Positions 29,357-32,000 of a stretch of 32,000 bases of DNA are shown piece by piece. The stretch comes from Sphingomonadaceae bacterium. Lineage in GTDB: Bacteria; Pseudomonadota; Alphaproteobacteria; Sphingomonadales; Sphingomonadaceae. The notes under the pieces are model-generated. The model had not been told where the DNA came from, searched no databases, and worked only from the letters and a program-made list of their open reading frames with translations. The DNA lies in contig OZ248513.1 in the NCBI GenBank assembly GCA_965234565.1, positions 499,667 through 531,666 on the forward strand, in the 5' to 3' direction. Each line of letters opens with the position of its first letter. Position 1 is the stretch's first letter. The position numbers and the translations under genes are program-made.

Positions 29357-29661
29357 CACCCAGCCAGATCGAACTCAACACTGTCAGCATCAACCAACGA
29401 ACGGCACTTGATGCTCATTGATGCAAGTTGCTGCGCCAATTGCTGATAGCGCGGCAGCGCTCCCAACTGTTCAGCGGCATTTTGTAATCTACTCGCACAT
29501 ATCGCAATTTTGCCAAGACTGGGTTCTGTTTTTTGATGACGCAGCTTACGCAAATACCCTTCCGAACAACCTAACCAATGTTCGCTGAACTCGCTTTCAG
29601 TTGCGGCAATTCCTTTGTCTTTTAAAAACCCAAGCACTTCAAAAATAATATCTTTTTTCAT
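29356..29661 (-). CDS. Small HTH-like protein (101 aa), candidate regulator of the island
   Basis: ATG at 29659-29661 with GGAGGG 9 nt upstream. The segment SEFSEHWLGCSEGYLRKLRHQKTEPSLGKIAICASRL has the spacing of an Xre/Cro-type helix-turn-helix. It is divergent from the Rep-like gene. Confidence 0.6.
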   Translation of the reverse strand: MKKDIIFEVLGFLKDKGIAATESEFSEHWLGCSEGYLRKLRHQKTEPSLGKIAICASRLQNAAEQLGALPRYQQLAQQLASMSIKCRSLVDADSVEFDLAG

Positions 29662-29736
29662 CGTAAACTACCCTCCGTGATAAATACTCTTAAGCAACAA
29701 GTGACTTGCTCACTGTATTTATCTGGAGGAATGGGA

Positions 29737-30336
29737 ATGGTCGCAAAATCGTTAGTACGACTACACTGGGCGAAATGGGCATCTTCATATGACTGGGATA
29801 TTTGCGGCACGCTAAACTTCGCAACGGGGTGCAAAGTTGGTGTCGATGAAGCTCAAAGGCGATGGGCTCAGTTCTGGGGCAAGTTGGATCGCATTTGCTA
29901 CGGGCAGTCACGCGGTCATCAACAGCGCATCTCACGGTTTGTTTACACGCACTGCGGCAGCAATGGCGACAATGTGCATTCGCACTTTATGGCACGATCT
30001 GCGGGCGACACGAAAGAGTTCTGTATACTTCTTAATGCGCTTTGGGCTGGCTTGGAACACGCGGGCGCTGCTGTTACTGCACAAAATGAAATACTGCCGA
30101 TCTTCAGCAAACAACGAGCTTCTTGGTATCTGCTTCACGAAGATCACGACGGTGCGATGAGCGGTTTTAATGCGAAGCTGACACACACAGAGCATCAGCC
30201 CAAAGTGCGTGACACTGCGCTGATCGATCTGCGATCAGCAGCAGATCGCTTCCAGCACATCGCAGATGCTACAACTGCTTACGAAGAGCATCTTGCACGG
30301 GCTGAGCAGCGATACATCAGACGCAACGCAAAATAA
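29737..30336 (+). CDS. HUH/Rep-like protein (rolling-circle initiator or relaxase-like; Inovirus-Gp2-like motif order)
   Basis: GGAGGA (29725-29730) lies 6 nt before the ATG at 29737. Ordered motifs are ICGTLNF, then RRWAQFWGKLDR, then RFVYTHCGSNGDNVHSHFMA (HxH followed by hydrophobic residues), then SWYLLHE as a Tyr candidate. The family assignment is unverified. Confidence 0.55.
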   Translation: MVAKSLVRLHWAKWASSYDWDICGTLNFATGCKVGVDEAQRRWAQFWGKLDRICYGQSRGHQQRISRFVYTHCGSNGDNVHSHFMARSAGDTKEFCILLNALWAGLEHAGAAVTAQNEILPIFSKQRASWYLLHEDHDGAMSGFNAKLTHTEHQPKVRDTALIDLRSAADRFQHIADATTAYEEHLARAEQRYIRRNAK

Positions 30337-30384
30337 CCAGACAGCTATGCTGCGGCGAAATCGTGCGTCTTATGGATGAGGCAA

Positions 30385-30406
30385 TGTGCTGAGTGCTCTC
30401 AGCACA
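30385..30406 (+). terminator. Stem-loop downstream of the Rep-like gene
   Basis: TGTGCTGAG, tgct, CTCAGCACA (9-bp stem, 4-nt loop), 49 nt after the stop. There is no clear T-tract, so terminator function is uncertain. Confidence 0.35.
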
Positions 30407-30575
30407 AGTCTTCATAATACCCAAAAGACAGACACATTAAGAAACAGTCAAAAGTTTTTGAAAACGACATAGGTCGTTGGAAATCAACAAAATCAGTTTG
30501 GAGATTTCTGGTAGGAATAAGATACTGATTAATTTATATTTCTGTAATAGGAAATGTTAATCGGACACAGGCAAA

Positions 30576-31145
30576 ATGGCTAAGGCAAAGGTTCTCAGCA
30601 AGGAAGAGATCAAGCGTGTGATGCGTATCGCTGACACAGGCAGAAACGGTCTTCGGGATCGTGTCGCACTGTCTCTCAGCATACTCGCAGGAATGCGTAT
30701 CGGGGAAATCGCGGCGCTCAAGATCGGTGATGTGCGCGGCATCGATGGCAACGCAGTCAGTGTGATCAATCTCAGAAAACATCAAACGAAGGGCAATCGA
30801 TCACGGCGGGTGTTCGTCAGCGACGAGCTTCGAAAGCTGCTGAACAGCTATCTTGCGGCGATCACTAAACTCGACGACAGCAAGGCTCTCATTCGCAGCA
30901 CTCGTACTGGAGGACACTTCAGCAATGTTTCGCTAAGCTTGCGCTTCAAGGCGATATATCTCGCTACTGGCATCACCACGAGCAGTCATTCTGGTCGCAG
31001 AACATTTGCAACACGCTTAAACGCTGCTGGCATCGGGATGGCAACGATACAGCAAGCGATGGGACATAGCTCAATACAAACGACTGCTGGATATTGCTGG
31101 GTCAGCGATGAACAGTTAGCAAATGCAGTAAATATTGTATCTTAG
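30576..31145 (+). CDS. Tyrosine recombinase, catalytic domain only (189 aa)
   Basis: The complete catalytic set is readable: R41 (AGMRIGE), K72 (HQTKGN), H138-x-x-R141 (SHSGRRTF), H164 (MGHSS) and Y173 (TTAGY). There is no N-terminal core-binding (SAM-like) domain. Confidence 0.85.
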   Translation: MAKAKVLSKEEIKRVMRIADTGRNGLRDRVALSLSILAGMRIGEIAALKIGDVRGIDGNAVSVINLRKHQTKGNRSRRVFVSDELRKLLNSYLAAITKLDDSKALIRSTRTGGHFSNVSLSLRFKAIYLATGITTSSHSGRRTFATRLNAAGIGMATIQQAMGHSSIQTTAGYCWVSDEQLANAVNIVS

Positions 31146-31146
31146 C

Positions 31147-31524
31147 TTAAAAGTCTGAAAGATACTTTACCATATTATAAGCTTTAAGACTATTAAGTCT
31201 TTTTAAAAACTCTTTCTTATTTTTTTCATTTTGCTTTTCATACCAAGCCTTATTATAATGCTTACCTTCAATAAGATATGATTCTAAATTATTATATGAT
31301 TGCTGACTTGAAAAAATACTTGCTCTTGTTACTGTATCTTCAGTTTCGCAAATTGGGCAAATAAGTTTTACAGTTCCGTGTTTGGTGCCAACAGGAATTA
31401 CAAAGTATATTTTTTGTTTTACGTATTGTTGTCTAAGCACGAATGGAGTTGAGTTTTTGCATTTTGAGCAAACTTTTTTTCCAGTATATCCTATGAACTT
31501 TGTTCCAATTTCCTGCTCTAACAT
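31147..31524 (-). CDS. Zinc-ribbon orphan protein (125 aa), extremely AT-rich gene
   Basis: CSKC...(43 aa)...CPIC pair and a Lys/Asn-rich helical C-terminus. GGGAAG lies upstream of the ATG. The gene is convergent with the recombinase gene, with 1 nt between the stops. Confidence 0.55.
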   Translation of the reverse strand: MLEQEIGTKFIGYTGKKVCSKCKNSTPFVLRQQYVKQKIYFVIPVGTKHGTVKLICPICETEDTVTRASIFSSQQSYNNLESYLIEGKHYNKAWYEKQNEKNKKEFLKRLNSLKAYNMVKYLSDF

Positions 31525-31658
31525 TAGCTTCCCTTAATTATCGATGTTGCTAATTCTTTTGAAATATAATCAAAGTTTGGACAAATAGGACATTTAAATG
31601 CATATTGCTTACTATACTTCAGAGTAAGTACTCCAATAATTCCAAACTCACTTGCATC

Positions 31659-32000
31659 TGATCTGCCCCCTTCTGGGTGGTCCAAAATCTATGTTATTTT
31701 GGACACGGAAGGAAAAGACGAATGCCATTCAAGAAACACACGCCGGAGGAGATTATCGGCAAGCTGCGTGAGGCGGAGATTGTGCTGGCGCAGGGAGGGA
31801 CGACAGCGGACGCTTGCCGCCGGCTATCGATCAGCGAGCAGACCTATTATCGCTGGCGCAAGGAATATGGCGGTCTGAAGACCGATCAGGCTCGCCGGAT
31901 GAAGGATCTGGAGAAAGAGAATGCGCGGCTACGCCGTGCGATCTCCGATCTCACTCTCGATAAGCTGATCCTGCAAGAGGCTGCTCGGGGAAACTATTGA
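31659..32000 (+). mobile_element. IS3-family insertion sequence, left end (truncated by the window edge)
   Basis: Candidate left inverted repeat TGATCTGCCCCCTTCTGGGTGG starts at 31659, exactly where G+C rises again (32/60 at 31861-31920). It is followed by an IS3-type orfA. Confidence 0.8.
31722..32000 (+). CDS. IS3-family transposase OrfA (HTH and leucine-zipper part)
   Basis: MPFKKHTPEEIIGKLREAEIVLAQGG...TYYRWRKEYGG...LEKENARLRRAISDLTLDKLILQEAARGNY is the typical IS3 OrfA. The TGA falls at 31998-32000. The orfB/frameshift region lies outside the window. Confidence 0.85.
   Translation: MPFKKHTPEEIIGKLREAEIVLAQGGTTADACRRLSISEQTYYRWRKEYGGLKTDQARRMKDLEKENARLRRAISDLTLDKLILQEAARGNY

Larger units (their letters stand above)
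28542..31658. mobile_element. Low-GC accessory island: candidate minimal integrative/replicative element plus an AT-rich orphan segment
   Basis: Abrupt G+C drop in hand-counted 60-nt lines: 42/60 at 28201, 26/60 at 29041, 13/60 at 31201. It carries a tyrosine recombinase gene and a Rep-like gene and has no housekeeping content. It is bounded on the right by an IS3-family end. The left edge is only approximate. Confidence 0.6.

Noticed and set aside
28659-29421. Plus-strand ORFs 28659..28859, 28916..29146 and 29107..29421 inside the island
   Set aside because: They are antisense to better-supported minus-strand genes with clear SD sites. They lack SDs and run across the hairpin region.
28739-29661. 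The 101-aa and 139-aa island genes as a toxin-antitoxin pair
   Set aside because: They are separated by 197 nt containing two strong hairpins rather than being overlapping or tightly coupled. Neither shows motifs of a known toxin or antitoxin family.
29677-29736. Longer version of the Rep-like ORF starting at the GTG at 29677
   Set aside because: A strong GGAGGA sits 6 nt before the ATG at 29737. The upstream 20 codons would leave almost no room for the divergent promoter region.
30337-31200. FimB/FimE-style invertible promoter switch around the small recombinase gene
   Set aside because: I found no inverted repeats bracketing a short promoter segment. The only flanking repeat is an 8-nt direct repeat AAGATACT (30519-30526 and 31159-31166), which is expected by chance in AT-rich DNA.
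1-32000. CRISPR arrays, tRNA/rRNA genes, and a tRNA-linked att site for the island
   Set aside because: No regularly spaced repeats and no cloverleaf-compatible segments turned up in any intergenic region I read, including both sides of the 28.5 kb junction. A tRNAscan or Rfam run would be needed to be certain.

Overview
High-GC alphaproteobacterial chromosome segment. The lineage is inferred from gene content and synteny and looks Sphingomonadales-like; no search was run. Positions 1 to about 28,541 are a dense, ordinary housekeeping region: rpmJ, gpmA, purEK, folA, ribF, ileS-lspA, dxs, uvrB, tsaD-gpsA, hemCD, glpQ and others. Many of these genes have 4-8 nt start/stop overlaps. I found no rRNA, tRNA or CRISPR array. 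The many long ORFs antisense to these genes are high-GC shadow ORFs. At about 28,542 the composition collapses. Hand counts of G+C on single 60-nt lines give 42/60 at 28201-28260, 26/60 at 29041-29100 and 13/60 at 31201-31260. The last 3.4 kb is accessory DNA. It holds a roughly 2.6 kb module encoding a core-domain-only tyrosine recombinase (189 aa, full R-K-HxxR-H-Y set), a roughly 200 aa protein with HUH/Rep-like motif order, a small HTH-like protein transcribed divergently from it, and a basic 139-aa orphan. The module also contains structured non-coding DNA: a perfect 18-bp-stem hairpin and an 8-8-8 inverted-repeat site with extra direct copies. Next comes an extremely AT-rich zinc-ribbon orphan gene, then the left end of an IS3-family insertion sequence that runs off the window. 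My main candidate for something new is this minimal recombinase plus Rep-like element. All functional calls come from motif reading of the supplied translations and need HMM or structure confirmation.
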